A DNA stretch of 64,000 bases, taken from the NCBI RefSeq assembly GCF_944387805.1, contig NZ_CALXGI010000004.1, positions 20,793 through 84,792 on the forward strand, written 5' to 3'. How positions within the stretch are numbered: position 1 is the stretch's first letter; every line of letters starts with the position of its first letter. Source of the DNA: an uncultured Pseudoflavonifractor sp. GTDB lineage: Bacteria > Bacillota > Clostridia > Oscillospirales > Oscillospiraceae. Below are positions 8,165 to 17,110 of the stretch, piece by piece. The position numbers and the translations under genes are program-made. Under the pieces are notes generated by a model. It made no database searches and was not told the DNA's origin. It saw only the letters and a list, made by a program, of their open reading frames with translations.

Positions 8165-8391
8165 AAAAGCCGCCCGGACGACGGGCGTCCGGGCGGCTGC
8201 AGGCTGTCGATAAACCCTTCGGCCAAAGGTTTCGGAGGGAAAGATAGTGTGAAAGAAAACCGTCAGGGTTGTCTTTCGCGTGCAATCAAACCACTTTTTC
8301 AAACTTTCAAAAGTTTGAAAAAGTGCAGCAGCCTGTCGAAAAGACGCTTCGACAGGCTGAAAGCCGCCCGGACAGAACTGTCCAGGCGGCT
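8165..8391. repeat. Hairpin-rich MITE-like insert between two copies of a terminator hairpin
   Basis: AGCCGCCCGGAC..GTCC(G/A)GGCGGCT at 8168-8198 and 8362-8391; internal 15-bp IR 8292-8306/8311-8325 and 12-bp IR 8329-8340/8348-8359. Confidence 0.55.
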
Positions 8392-8405
8392 GGAGAGACC
8401 GAAAA

Positions 8406-9602
8406 TCAGTCGGTGGTGTAGTTGTCGAAGTAGCCCTGGATATAGACAATGGGGGTGCCCTTGTCGCCGGAGCCGGAGGTCAGGTCACACAGGGAGCCGA
8501 TGAGGTCGGTAAGGCGGCGGGGGGTGGTGCCCTGGGAGACCATGTTGCCCACCAGGCTGCTGCCGTCCTTCTTGCGGATCTGCTCCTTGATGGCGTCGCG
8601 CAGAGCCTCGCCGGACAGGGCGGCGAAGTCGTTGTCGGCCAGATACTTCAGCTTCAGCTCATTGGGAGTGCCCTCCAGGCCGGCGGTGTAGGCGGGGGAG
8701 ACCACGGGGTCGGCCAGCTCCCAAATCTTGCCCACGGGGTCCTTGAAGGCGCCGTCGCCGTAGACCATGACCTCCACGTGCTTGCCGGTCTCGGCGAGCA
8801 TCTTGGCCTGGATGGCCTCCACCAGGTCCTGGCAGGGACGGGGGAAGAGCTTCACCTTGTCCTCGGTGGCCTTGTTGGAGCCCAGCAGGCCGTAGGTCTC
8901 GTTGCAGCCGCTGCCGTTGATGGGGGCGGTCATGATGTCGTCCAGAGTGAGGACCTTCTCAGCGCCGGCGGCCTGGAGCAGGCGCTTGGTGCGCTTGCGG
9001 GTGTGGATGTCGCAGGCCAGGACGGTCTTGGTGTAGTTCAGGACGGCACGGGGGTCGTTGGCGAAGATGATCTCCACCTCGGCGCCGCACTCCTGAATCA
9101 GGTTCTGGTAGTACTCCACGTAGTCCACGCCGGTGAAGGGGTGCTTCTCATAGCCGAAGAGCTCACGATAGCGCTCCAGGGTGAGCACGTCCTTGTAGGG
9201 GTCGACCCCCTTCTCGTCCACGGCGTCCAGGCTGATGAGGTGGTTGCCGACCTCGTCGGAGGGGTAGGAGAGCATCAGCACAATCTTGCTGCAGCCTTTG
9301 GCGATGCCCCGCAGGCAGATGGCGAAGCGGTTGCGGGACAGGATGGGAAAGATGACGCCCACGGTGCCGCCGCCCAGCTTGGCACGCACATCGGCGGCGA
9401 TGTCGTCCACGGTGGCATAGTTGCCCTGGCTGCGGGCCACAATGGCTTCGGTAATGGCAATGACATCCCGGTCGCGCACGGTGAAGCCGTCATCCCTGGC
9501 GGCCTCCAGCACAGAAGAGGTGACGATATCCACCAGGTTATCGCCGCTGCGGATAATAGGGGCGCGAATGCCGCGGGAAACAGTACCGACCATCCGGCTC
9601 AT
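8406..9602 (-). CDS. Coenzyme F420-0:L-glutamate ligase (CofE)-like protein, clostridial type
   Basis: N-terminal RGIRAPII..GD, DVIAITEAIVAR, C-terminal DLIGSLCDLTSGSGDKGTP. Confidence 0.75.
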   Translation of the reverse strand: MSRMVGTVSRGIRAPIIRSGDNLVDIVTSSVLEAARDDGFTVRDRDVIAITEAIVARSQGNYATVDDIAADVRAKLGGGTVGVIFPILSRNRFAICLRGIAKGCSKIVLMLSYPSDEVGNHLISLDAVDEKGVDPYKDVLTLERYRELFGYEKHPFTGVDYVEYYQNLIQECGAEVEIIFANDPRAVLNYTKTVLACDIHTRKRTKRLLQAAGAEKVLTLDDIMTAPINGSGCNETYGLLGSNKATEDKVKLFPRPCQDLVEAIQAKMLAETGKHVEVMVYGDGAFKDPVGKIWELADPVVSPAYTAGLEGTPNELKLKYLADNDFAALSGEALRDAIKEQIRKKDGSSLVGNMVSQGTTPRRLTDLIGSLCDLTSGSGDKGTPIVYIQGYFDNYTTD

Positions 9603-9791
9603 GAAAAAACACTCCTAAATTTTCAATTTTTTGTACAGAGCGGCTGAAAACCGCCCGGCAGTTTATTATACTACAAGCCGGGCCGGCCGCACAATAGAGA
9701 ATTCCCTCCCCAAAGGGAGAAAATGCGCCGGGCGGGAACAAGACAGCAAACCGCCCCGGCCAATGGACCGGGGCGGTTGGAACTGGAAAAC

Positions 9792-11066
9792 TCAGCGGCG
9801 GATAATCTCGTGGCGCTTGGGGCCGGTGGACACAGTCTTAATGGGGACGCCGATGTGCTTCTCAATGAAGTCCACATAGTCCCGGGCTTCCTTGGGCAGC
9901 TTGTCGTACTCGGTGACGCCCCGGATGTCGCACTTCCAGCCGGGCAGGGTCTCATAGACCGGCTTGGCCTTGTCCAGCAGGGGGGAGACGGGGAAGTCGG
10001 CGGTGACCTTGCCGTCAATCTCATAGCCGGTGCACACCTTGATCTCATCCAGGTAGCCCAGGCAGTCAATGGCGGTAAGGGCCACCTCTGTGGCGCCCTG
10101 GACCATGCAGCCGTAACGGGTGGCTACGGCGTCAAACCAGCCCACCCGGCGGGGGCGGCCGGTGGTGGCGCCGAACTCACCGGCGTCGCCGCCACGGCGG
10201 CGCAGCTCGTCAGCCTCATCGCCGAACAGCTCGGACACAAAGGCGCCCGCGCCCACGGCGGAGGAGTAGGCCTTGGTGACGCACACCACCTCGGTCAGGG
10301 CGGAGGGGGGCACCGCGGCGCCCACACAGCCGTAGCCGGCCAGGGTGTGGGAGGAGGTGGTGAAGGGGTAGATGCCCAGGTCGGGGTCCTTCATGGAGCC
10401 CAGCTGGCCCTCCAGCAGGATCTTCCTGCCCTCCTTCAGGGCCTGGTGGACAAAGGCCACCGCGTCGCCCACATAGGGGGCCACCATGTCCCGGTAGCCC
10501 ATGAGGGTGTTGAACAGCTCCTTGGGGTCCAGAGAGGGCTTGTGGTACAGATGCTCAAAGAGCACGTTCTTGATGACGCAGACATGCTCCAGCCGCTCCA
10601 TCAGCCGCTTCTCATCAAACAGGTCGCAGACCTGAATGCCAATCTTGGCATATTTGTCGGAGTAGAAGGGGGCGATACCCGACTTGGTGGAGCCGAAGGC
10701 GGCGCCGGCCAGGCGCTCCTCCTCATAGGTATCCTGGAGCACATGGTAGGGCATCAGCACTTGGGTGCGCTGGTCTACAATGATGTGGGGGGCGGGCACG
10801 CCGCCGTCGGTCAGGGTTTTCAGCTCATGGATGAATTTGGGCACGTCCAGGGCCACGCCGTTGCCGATGATGTTGGTGGTGTGGGGATAGAACACGCCCG
10901 AGGGGAGCTGATGCAGTGCGAACTTTCCATAATCACAGATAATGGTATGGCCTGCGTTGGCGCCGCCCTGAAAGCGGATGACAACGTCGGATTCCTCGGC
11001 CAGCAGGTCAGTGATCTTGCCCTTGCCCTCGTCGCCCCAGTTTGCGCCTACAATTGCTTTGACCAT
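9792..11066 (-). CDS. purA: Adenylosuccinate synthetase
   Basis: GANWGDEGKGK, RFQGGANAGHT, GATTGRPRRVGWFD. Confidence 0.98.
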   Translation of the reverse strand: MVKAIVGANWGDEGKGKITDLLAEESDVVIRFQGGANAGHTIICDYGKFALHQLPSGVFYPHTTNIIGNGVALDVPKFIHELKTLTDGGVPAPHIIVDQRTQVLMPYHVLQDTYEEERLAGAAFGSTKSGIAPFYSDKYAKIGIQVCDLFDEKRLMERLEHVCVIKNVLFEHLYHKPSLDPKELFNTLMGYRDMVAPYVGDAVAFVHQALKEGRKILLEGQLGSMKDPDLGIYPFTTSSHTLAGYGCVGAAVPPSALTEVVCVTKAYSSAVGAGAFVSELFGDEADELRRRGGDAGEFGATTGRPRRVGWFDAVATRYGCMVQGATEVALTAIDCLGYLDEIKVCTGYEIDGKVTADFPVSPLLDKAKPVYETLPGWKCDIRGVTEYDKLPKEARDYVDFIEKHIGVPIKTVSTGPKRHEIIRR

Positions 11067-11247
11067 AATCGTTCCTCCTGCCGCGGGGATTCGCGCGTTG
11101 GCCTTTTCCCACGGACGGACGATATTATATCCCCGGATTGTTCAGATTACAAGGGACAAAATGTAAAAAATCAGATTTGAGCGGAACATTTCTTCTCAGA
11201 CTGGAAGATGTCCGCCTCGGACGGAAGAGGATGGAAAAGGGTGTCCG

Positions 11248-11919
11248 TCACAGGAAAATCTCTGGGCTGGGGAGAAAAAATTCCGGAATGCCCTCGGCGG
11301 CGGGACACAGAGTGTGGAGGGGATAAAAAATGACCAGGGCGTCCTCTGTAAGATAGAAATTGTCCAGGGCAAAGTCCGCCTCCAACCGGCGGGGCCAGTC
11401 CTCATAGAACAGGAACTCCCCGGAGGCGGCCCGCCGGGCGCACTGGTCCGCCACCGCGGAGAGCACCTGCCGCCGCCAGCGAGTCCTGGGCGGAAAGAGG
11501 GAGGACAGAGAAACCGGGGTACCGGAGGACAGGTCCCAGGTCTCGCCCGACCGCACCAGCAGGGGCCGCGCGGTTCCGTGCTGTTCGGCGGCGTCGGCGT
11601 GCAGGCTGAGCACTCCGCCGCCGCTGCGGGTGACGGTAAAGTCCAGCGCCGCTGTCCAGGGGGTAAAGGGACGGGACTGCGCCCTGGCCTCCCGCAGGGC
11701 GGCGCAGGCCATGGCGTACAGCGGCCCCTCCCAGCGGGTTCGCCAGACCTGGGCCTGCCGGGCGAAACAGCGGTCAATGCGCCGCAGGCCCGGCGTGTCC
11801 CACTCCAGCGACGGCGCCCGGAGGGACAGCGCCAGCACCGGTTCCTCCTCCAGCGTCAGCACCTGCTCCTCCGGCGCAGCCTCTATTGTCACCGACTCCA
11901 CCCGGCGTTTTCCAAGCAT
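11248..11919 (-). CDS. DUF4163/DUF3298 (RsiV/PdaC-like) domain protein
   Basis: TWDL..G..VSL..LF and NFYLTEDALVIFYPLHTLCPAAEGIPEF C-terminal pattern. Confidence 0.65.
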   Translation of the reverse strand: MLGKRRVESVTIEAAPEEQVLTLEEEPVLALSLRAPSLEWDTPGLRRIDRCFARQAQVWRTRWEGPLYAMACAALREARAQSRPFTPWTAALDFTVTRSGGGVLSLHADAAEQHGTARPLLVRSGETWDLSSGTPVSLSSLFPPRTRWRRQVLSAVADQCARRAASGEFLFYEDWPRRLEADFALDNFYLTEDALVIFYPLHTLCPAAEGIPEFFLPSPEIFL

Positions 11920-12030
11920 AGACGCCCCTCCTTTTTCAAACCGTTCTGCCCCATCCTATGTATCAGAAGAAGATTTGACAGAAGTTTTTCCCTGTGTTAC
12001 GCTAAAGCAAAAGAGAAAGGAGAGTGCGGC

Positions 12031-12312
12031 ATGGTTCGGCTGTATATCCGGGTGTCCGGCCGGGTCCAGGGGGTAGGGTTCCGGTGGTTCACCTGCGCCG
12101 CAGCCGCCCGGCTGGATTTGACCGGCTGGGTACGCAACCGGGAGGACGGCGACGTGGAGATGGAGGTCCAGGGGGACGAGGGGCCGGTAGAGGAGTTTAT
12201 TCAGGCCGTGTCCCAGGGGCCCAGGTATGCCCGGGTGGACGGCGTAGAGCGCTATGCCCTGACGCCTGAGGAAGGAGAACGGTCCTTCCACGAGCGGGGC
12301 AGCCTGTGGTGA
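12031..12312 (+). CDS. acyP: Acylphosphatase
   Basis: VSGRVQGVGFR...GWVRNREDGDVE. Confidence 0.95.
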   Translation: MVRLYIRVSGRVQGVGFRWFTCAAAARLDLTGWVRNREDGDVEMEVQGDEGPVEEFIQAVSQGPRYARVDGVERYALTPEEGERSFHERGSLW

Positions 12313-12432
12313 AATTTTCCCCGCAAAAGGGACAAATTCTGTTTACTTTCATGCTTCAGTGATTTAAAATATAAAATGATAAATCATGAAAGCGAACCCT
12401 TACCAAATATACCAAAAGGAGGCTGTCAGCCT

Positions 12433-12744
12433 ATGACCAAGGGTGACAAGAAGGAACACAGCGATATTCTCTATGAGACCATTCTCACCCTCAAGGACCT
12501 GGACGAGTGCAAGAAATTTTTCTCCGATCTGTGCACTGTGGCCGAGCTGCGCGCCATGGAGCAGCGCTTTGAGGTAGCCATTCTCCTGTCCAACGGCATG
12601 ATCTACAACGACATTCTGGAGCGGACCGGGGCGTCCAGCGCCACAATCAGCCGGGTGAACCGCTCCCTCAACTACGGCGCGGACGGATACACCACTGTGC
12701 TGCCCCGGGTGAAGGAGAAGCTGAAGGCCGATGGAAAGCTATGA
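12433..12744 (+). CDS. YerC/YecD (TrpR-like) protein
   Basis: FFSDLCTVAELRAMEQRFEVA...TGASSATISRVNRSL.YG. Confidence 0.9.
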   Translation: MTKGDKKEHSDILYETILTLKDLDECKKFFSDLCTVAELRAMEQRFEVAILLSNGMIYNDILERTGASSATISRVNRSLNYGADGYTTVLPRVKEKLKADGKL

Positions 12745-13480
12745 GTTCCTGGCCGGGTGCTACGATGAGCTGACCACCGACGTGCGGTACGGCCGGTGGG
12801 CGGACTACATTGAGAAGCACTTTGCCCGCAGCGCCCTGCCCATCCATACGGTGCTGGACCTGGCCTGCGGCACCGGCAGCCTGACGGCGGAACTCATGGG
12901 CCGGGGCTACGAGATGATCGGCGTGGACCGCTCGGCGGAGATGCTGTCCGTGGCGGCGGAGAAGTGCCGGGACCTGGAGGGCGAGCCGCCCATCTTCCTG
13001 TGCCAGAGCATGGAGAAGCTGGACCTGTACGGCACCATTGACGCCTGCGTCTGCTGCCTGGACAGCGTCAACTATGTCACCAGCCCCAGGACCCTTCGGA
13101 AGGCATTCCAGCGGGTCCACCTGTTCCTCATGCCCGGCGGGCTGTTCCTCTTTGACATCAACACGCCGGACAAGCTTCGGGGCCTGGACGGGGGCATGTT
13201 TATCGACGAGACTGACGACGCATACTGCGTCTGGCGGGCGGAGTACTCCCCCCGGCGGCGCATCTGCACCTACGGCATGGATATCTTCCGCCTGGAGGCC
13301 GACGGCCGCTGGAGCCGGGGTGAGGAGGTCCATGAGGAGTACGCCTACGAGCCTGACGAGCTGGAGGAATACCTGCGGGAAGCCGGCTTCACCCGCATCC
13401 GCCGCCATGGCTGCCTGAAAATGCGCGCCCCCGTGCCGGGAGAGGAGCGCATCTTCTTCACTGCTGTGAAGAAGGGCTGA
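12731..13480 (+). CDS. Class I SAM-dependent methyltransferase
   Basis: VLDLACGTG motif I, GVDRS, DSVNY, FLFDINT. Confidence 0.9.
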   Translation: MESYEFLAGCYDELTTDVRYGRWADYIEKHFARSALPIHTVLDLACGTGSLTAELMGRGYEMIGVDRSAEMLSVAAEKCRDLEGEPPIFLCQSMEKLDLYGTIDACVCCLDSVNYVTSPRTLRKAFQRVHLFLMPGGLFLFDINTPDKLRGLDGGMFIDETDDAYCVWRAEYSPRRRICTYGMDIFRLEADGRWSRGEEVHEEYAYEPDELEEYLREAGFTRIRRHGCLKMRAPVPGEERIFFTAVKKG

Positions 13481-13614
13481 ACACAGCAGGCCGCAAGCGT
13501 GAAATTTGTCCGCTGAGTGGGGACAAATAATGCGCCCGGCGGGCTGCATCTTATTCGCCATTGGAAAAGGCGCGCGCACCTTTTCCACGGAAGAGAAAGG
13601 AAACAAACGCATTT

Positions 13615-14490
13615 ATGTCTGATCAGATTATTCGCATGTTGGCCAAGGATGCTCCGGTAAAGGCATCCGCCATTACGGCGGGCGCCCTGGTGGAGCGGGC
13701 CCGCCAGATCCACAAGACTCTGCCCACCGCCACCGCCGCCCTGGGCCGCGCCCTGATGGGGGCGTCCATGATGGGCAACCAGCTCAAGGAGGAGGCGGCT
13801 TCCCTCACTCTGCGGGTGAAGGGGGACGGCCCTCTGGGCGGCATTACCGCCGTGTCGGACAGCGAAGGCAACGTCCGGGGCTATGTCCAGAATCCGGCAG
13901 CCGATCTGCCGCGGAAGCGGCCCGGAAAGCTGGACGTGGGGGCCGCCGTGGGCGCCGGCTCCCTCACCATCATCAAAGACCTGAATATGAAGGAGCCCTA
14001 TGTGGGCACCATTGAGCTGCTCTCCGGCGAGATTGCCGATGATATCGCGGCCTATTTTCTGGAGAGCGAGCAGATCCCCACGGCCTGTGCCCTGGGGGTC
14101 CTGCTGGACACCGACCAGTCCGTCCTCTGCGCCGGCGGTTACCTCATCCAGCTGCTGCCCGGCGCGGATGAGAGCGTGATCCGCACCATCGAGCAGGGAG
14201 TGGCCCGGGTGGGCGCGGTGACCGACGCCCTCCGGGACGGACTGACCGCCAAAGGCCTGCTGCTGCAGGTGCTGTCCGACTTCGACATGGAGGTGCTGGA
14301 GGAGAGCCCGGTGGAGTACCGCTGCTACTGCAGCCGGGACCGGGTGACCCGGGCCCTCATCAGCATGGGAAAGAAAGACCTGGCGGAGCTGATCGCCGAC
14401 CAGGGCAAGGCGGAGCTCACCTGTCAGTTCTGCGACAAGGTGTATCACTACTCCAAGGAGGAGCTGGAGGCCATTCTGGCTGCAATGTGA
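13615..14490 (+). CDS. hslO: Hsp33 redox-regulated chaperone
   Basis: GDGPLGGI, GGYLIQLLP, C-terminal CxC...CxxC zinc motif (CYC, CQFC). Confidence 0.96.
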   Translation: MSDQIIRMLAKDAPVKASAITAGALVERARQIHKTLPTATAALGRALMGASMMGNQLKEEAASLTLRVKGDGPLGGITAVSDSEGNVRGYVQNPAADLPRKRPGKLDVGAAVGAGSLTIIKDLNMKEPYVGTIELLSGEIADDIAAYFLESEQIPTACALGVLLDTDQSVLCAGGYLIQLLPGADESVIRTIEQGVARVGAVTDALRDGLTAKGLLLQVLSDFDMEVLEESPVEYRCYCSRDRVTRALISMGKKDLAELIADQGKAELTCQFCDKVYHYSKEELEAILAAM

Positions 14491-14520
14491 CAGAAGAAGC
14501 GCTCCGCACAGATATGGGAT

Positions 14521-14558
14521 AAAGAACGCCCCCTGCCTACCGGCAGGGGGCGTTCTTT
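14521..14558 (+). terminator. Terminator after hslO
   Basis: 17-bp perfect stem with a 4-nt loop. Confidence 0.75.
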
Positions 14559-14683
14559 ATCAAAATAAAGCAGGACAAAACTCCCAATTCCTATAATAAT
14601 TAGGAAAATTAACATGGGATAATGCGGCAAAAAAAGATAGCCTGTAATATAATAAGCACCATAATAAGGAAGGGGGGAGAGGG

Positions 14684-15259
14684 TTGCTGCTGATTGATTT
14701 TTTTCAGAAGGCCCTTGGAATCTCCGACGAGACACTGGTGCAGGAGGCACTCCGTGTGTCAGAGACAAGGGTACTGAGAAAAGGGGAGTATCTGATCCGA
14801 CAGGGAAATGTACCCGCCCATGTGTATTTCCTCATGCAGGGAATTGTCAGGGGTGTGCTCTCTGATGTAAACGGTAAGGAAATTACAGACTGTCTGGTAT
14901 TCAAGTGCGGCGCGCCGGTCATGCCCAGCTCAGATATTACCCAGGCCGCGCCCATTGATATTCAAACGCTGAGCGAATGTGAGGTTGTGCGCATTGCCGT
15001 TTCTGAAATTAACCGGCTGCTCCGGACCTATCCCGCACTTGAAGAACTGTACCGTCAGCTCATTGTGGAGTCGGCCAGGACCCACTGGGAATTGAAAATC
15101 GCCATTTATCAGTACAACGCCATGGAACGCTACCAGTGGTTCCAGCAGGTATATCCCGGATTAAGCGAGAAAATCAGCAACAAGTACATCGCGTCTTTTC
15201 TCAATATGACGCCCGTGACCCTGAGCAGGCTGAAGCAGGAGCTGAAGAAGCAGGGGTAA
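14684..15259 (+). CDS. Crp/Fnr family (cNMP-binding) regulator
   Basis: LRKGEYLIRQG..VYFLMQGIVRG, C-terminal IASFLNMTPVTLSRL HTH; TTG start. Confidence 0.85.
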   Translation: MLLIDFFQKALGISDETLVQEALRVSETRVLRKGEYLIRQGNVPAHVYFLMQGIVRGVLSDVNGKEITDCLVFKCGAPVMPSSDITQAAPIDIQTLSECEVVRIAVSEINRLLRTYPALEELYRQLIVESARTHWELKIAIYQYNAMERYQWFQQVYPGLSEKISNKYIASFLNMTPVTLSRLKQELKKQG

Positions 15260-15265
15260 GAAAGC

Positions 15266-15306
15266 AGAGAGCGCCCGGAGCCGTGTAACGGCTCCGGGCG
15301 CTCTCT
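15266..15306. terminator. Bidirectional terminator
   Basis: 19-bp perfect stem between convergent genes. Confidence 0.75.
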
Positions 15307-15317
15307 TGAGACGGAGA

Positions 15318-15716
15318 TCAATAACAGAACTTGCCGGCAGGCTCGCCGTTGATGACGCAGTACACAGCGCCGTCCTCGGGCTTGACGTAGAGCTCCATGG
15401 TCTCAATGGCCTCAGTGTGGCCGGCCTCGGCCCACACCTGCTTGGCGCCGGCGATCATGGTGTTCTCCGTGACCTGACGTCCGCAGTACTCCAGGATAAT
15501 AGTGGTCTTGGTCTCCACAGCCGTCTCAGCGGCCTTCTTGGCGGGAGCCTTCTTAGCAGCAGCGGCGGTCTTGCGAACGGCCTTCTTCTCAGCGGCCTTG
15601 GGGGCAGCCTCGGCGGCAACCTCAGTGACAGCCTCGGGCTTGACCTCGGCCTTAGGAGCGGCCTTCTCCGCGGCAGCCTTCACAGCGGCCTCGCGACGCT
15701 TCGCACCAGCGATCAT
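15318..15716 (-). CDS. DUF6465-like protein with Ala/Lys/Pro-rich histone-H1-like N-terminal region
   Basis: AKKAPAKKAA repeats followed by MELYVKPEDGAVYCVING. Confidence 0.7.
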   Translation of the reverse strand: MIAGAKRREAAVKAAAEKAAPKAEVKPEAVTEVAAEAAPKAAEKKAVRKTAAAAKKAPAKKAAETAVETKTTIILEYCGRQVTENTMIAGAKQVWAEAGHTEAIETMELYVKPEDGAVYCVINGEPAGKFCY

Positions 15717-15972
15717 ATTTCAATTCCTCCAGTCCATATTGTTCAGACATGTTTTCATATGATTTGCTACGATTATTCTACAACAATTTTCCGGCAATTG
15801 TCATATATAAAATGTAAGAATTTTCAAAAGCGGACAGAATGGAATTTAGCTAATGCGTACTGAATCGGGCGAATCCGCATAAAACCGAACCTTTGACTGC
15901 GGAAGAAGGCGCCTGGCAGGAAGCGGGAGAGGGGCGCACAGGGCGGCCCCTCTCCCGTTGGCGGAAGAGCGC

Positions 15973-16860
15973 TCAGCTCCGGCAGCCCTTGCCGGCGGAG
16001 GGCGGGCAGCGGTCAGGGCGGTCGCCGTGGCCGCAGTCCCGGTCGGGGCGGTCACAGCCGCAGCCGCCCGCGCTGCCGTTGGGGGGGAAGAACTCATCCA
16101 CGGGGAACTGGACGTGGCGGAAGATTTCGCAGGGATCGTCCTCGCAGCCGCCGCAGGTGCACTCTTTCTCAGGCATGCAGTAGTCATAGGCGGGCATGAG
16201 CAGCTGGGTGTCCCGCTCCAGACGGATGATGGAGAACTGGCCCAGGGTGACATAGACCCGCTTGCCTTCACTGCCGAAGCACAGGTCGCCGCCGAAGCAG
16301 GAGCAGATGCAGGGCGGAATCTCGGACAGCTCGCAGTCGCAGCAGGGGCGGCAGTCGCACATGTCCACCAGCTTCATGTTGAGCACGATGGGGTCCACCG
16401 CCTCCACCACTGCGGTGGGCAGGTTGGTCTTCATGATGTTCTGTTCGTCCAGAGCGCCCAGGGCGGCCTCGGAGGAGAACACCTTGGCGCTGCCCTCGCT
16501 GCCGAAGAGGATGACACGCTTGTCAAACACGCACAGGCCGCAGACCTGTACGGGCCGGGCAGCGCCCACAAAGGCGTCGGCAGTGACCCGGTAGAAGTAG
16601 CGGACGTCCACGGTGAAGAAGCCGCGGTTGAAGCCGATGGGCTCCACGTCGATGTACACATAGAGCAGCTCCGCCTGGCCGGCGCGGATGGATACAGCCC
16701 GGTCAATGGCGCACTGGGAGCTCTGGGTGGGGTAAAAGCGAAGGTCCTCAATGCAATCCTTGTCCCGGCAGGAATCAAAAATCTTCTTGGTATGGATGCA
16801 GACGGCCTCGCGGATACAGGCGGAGTCCTGCACGGGGCCGGGCATAACCTTTTCAGGCAT
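15973..16860 (-). CDS. Cysteine-rich putative spore coat/exosporium morphogenetic protein
   Basis: VCIHTKKIFDSCRDKDC N-terminal motif, many Cys clusters, GGAGG RBS, sigK-like promoter. Confidence 0.55.
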   Translation of the reverse strand: MPEKVMPGPVQDSACIREAVCIHTKKIFDSCRDKDCIEDLRFYPTQSSQCAIDRAVSIRAGQAELLYVYIDVEPIGFNRGFFTVDVRYFYRVTADAFVGAARPVQVCGLCVFDKRVILFGSEGSAKVFSSEAALGALDEQNIMKTNLPTAVVEAVDPIVLNMKLVDMCDCRPCCDCELSEIPPCICSCFGGDLCFGSEGKRVYVTLGQFSIIRLERDTQLLMPAYDYCMPEKECTCGGCEDDPCEIFRHVQFPVDEFFPPNGSAGGCGCDRPDRDCGHGDRPDRCPPSAGKGCRS

Positions 16861-16908
16861 GGAAATACCTCCCGATTGAGTAGTGAGAGGCTGAATGCCC
16901 CTCACGCC

Positions 16909-16936
16909 ATACTATGGACAGCAAGGCGGTTTGGTG
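16909..16936 (-). promoter_or_regulatory. Predicted sigK-type promoter CACC-N16-CATAGTAT
   Basis: -10 at 16909-16916, -35 at 16933-16936; fits the mACm-N16-CATA---T consensus. Confidence 0.5.
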
Positions 16937-17054
16937 CGGGAGGGATTGGCATTCCGGGCCCGGGCGCATATCATGGGGCGCCTGATCGGCGGAGGGACGG
17001 CGCAAACGGAGAGAAGAAACGGAAAAGCAGGCTGATTTTTGCGGAAAAAGAAAA

Positions 17055-17084
17055 ACGGAGCGCCTCGTGAAAGAGGCGCTCCGT
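17055..17084 (-). terminator. Terminator after the hydrogenase gene
   Basis: 12-bp stem ACGGAGCGCCTC/GAGGCGCTCCGT with an adjacent A tract on the + strand. Confidence 0.7.
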
Positions 17085-17110
17085 ACCCGGAGGCGGGGGA
17101 GATGGAAAAC

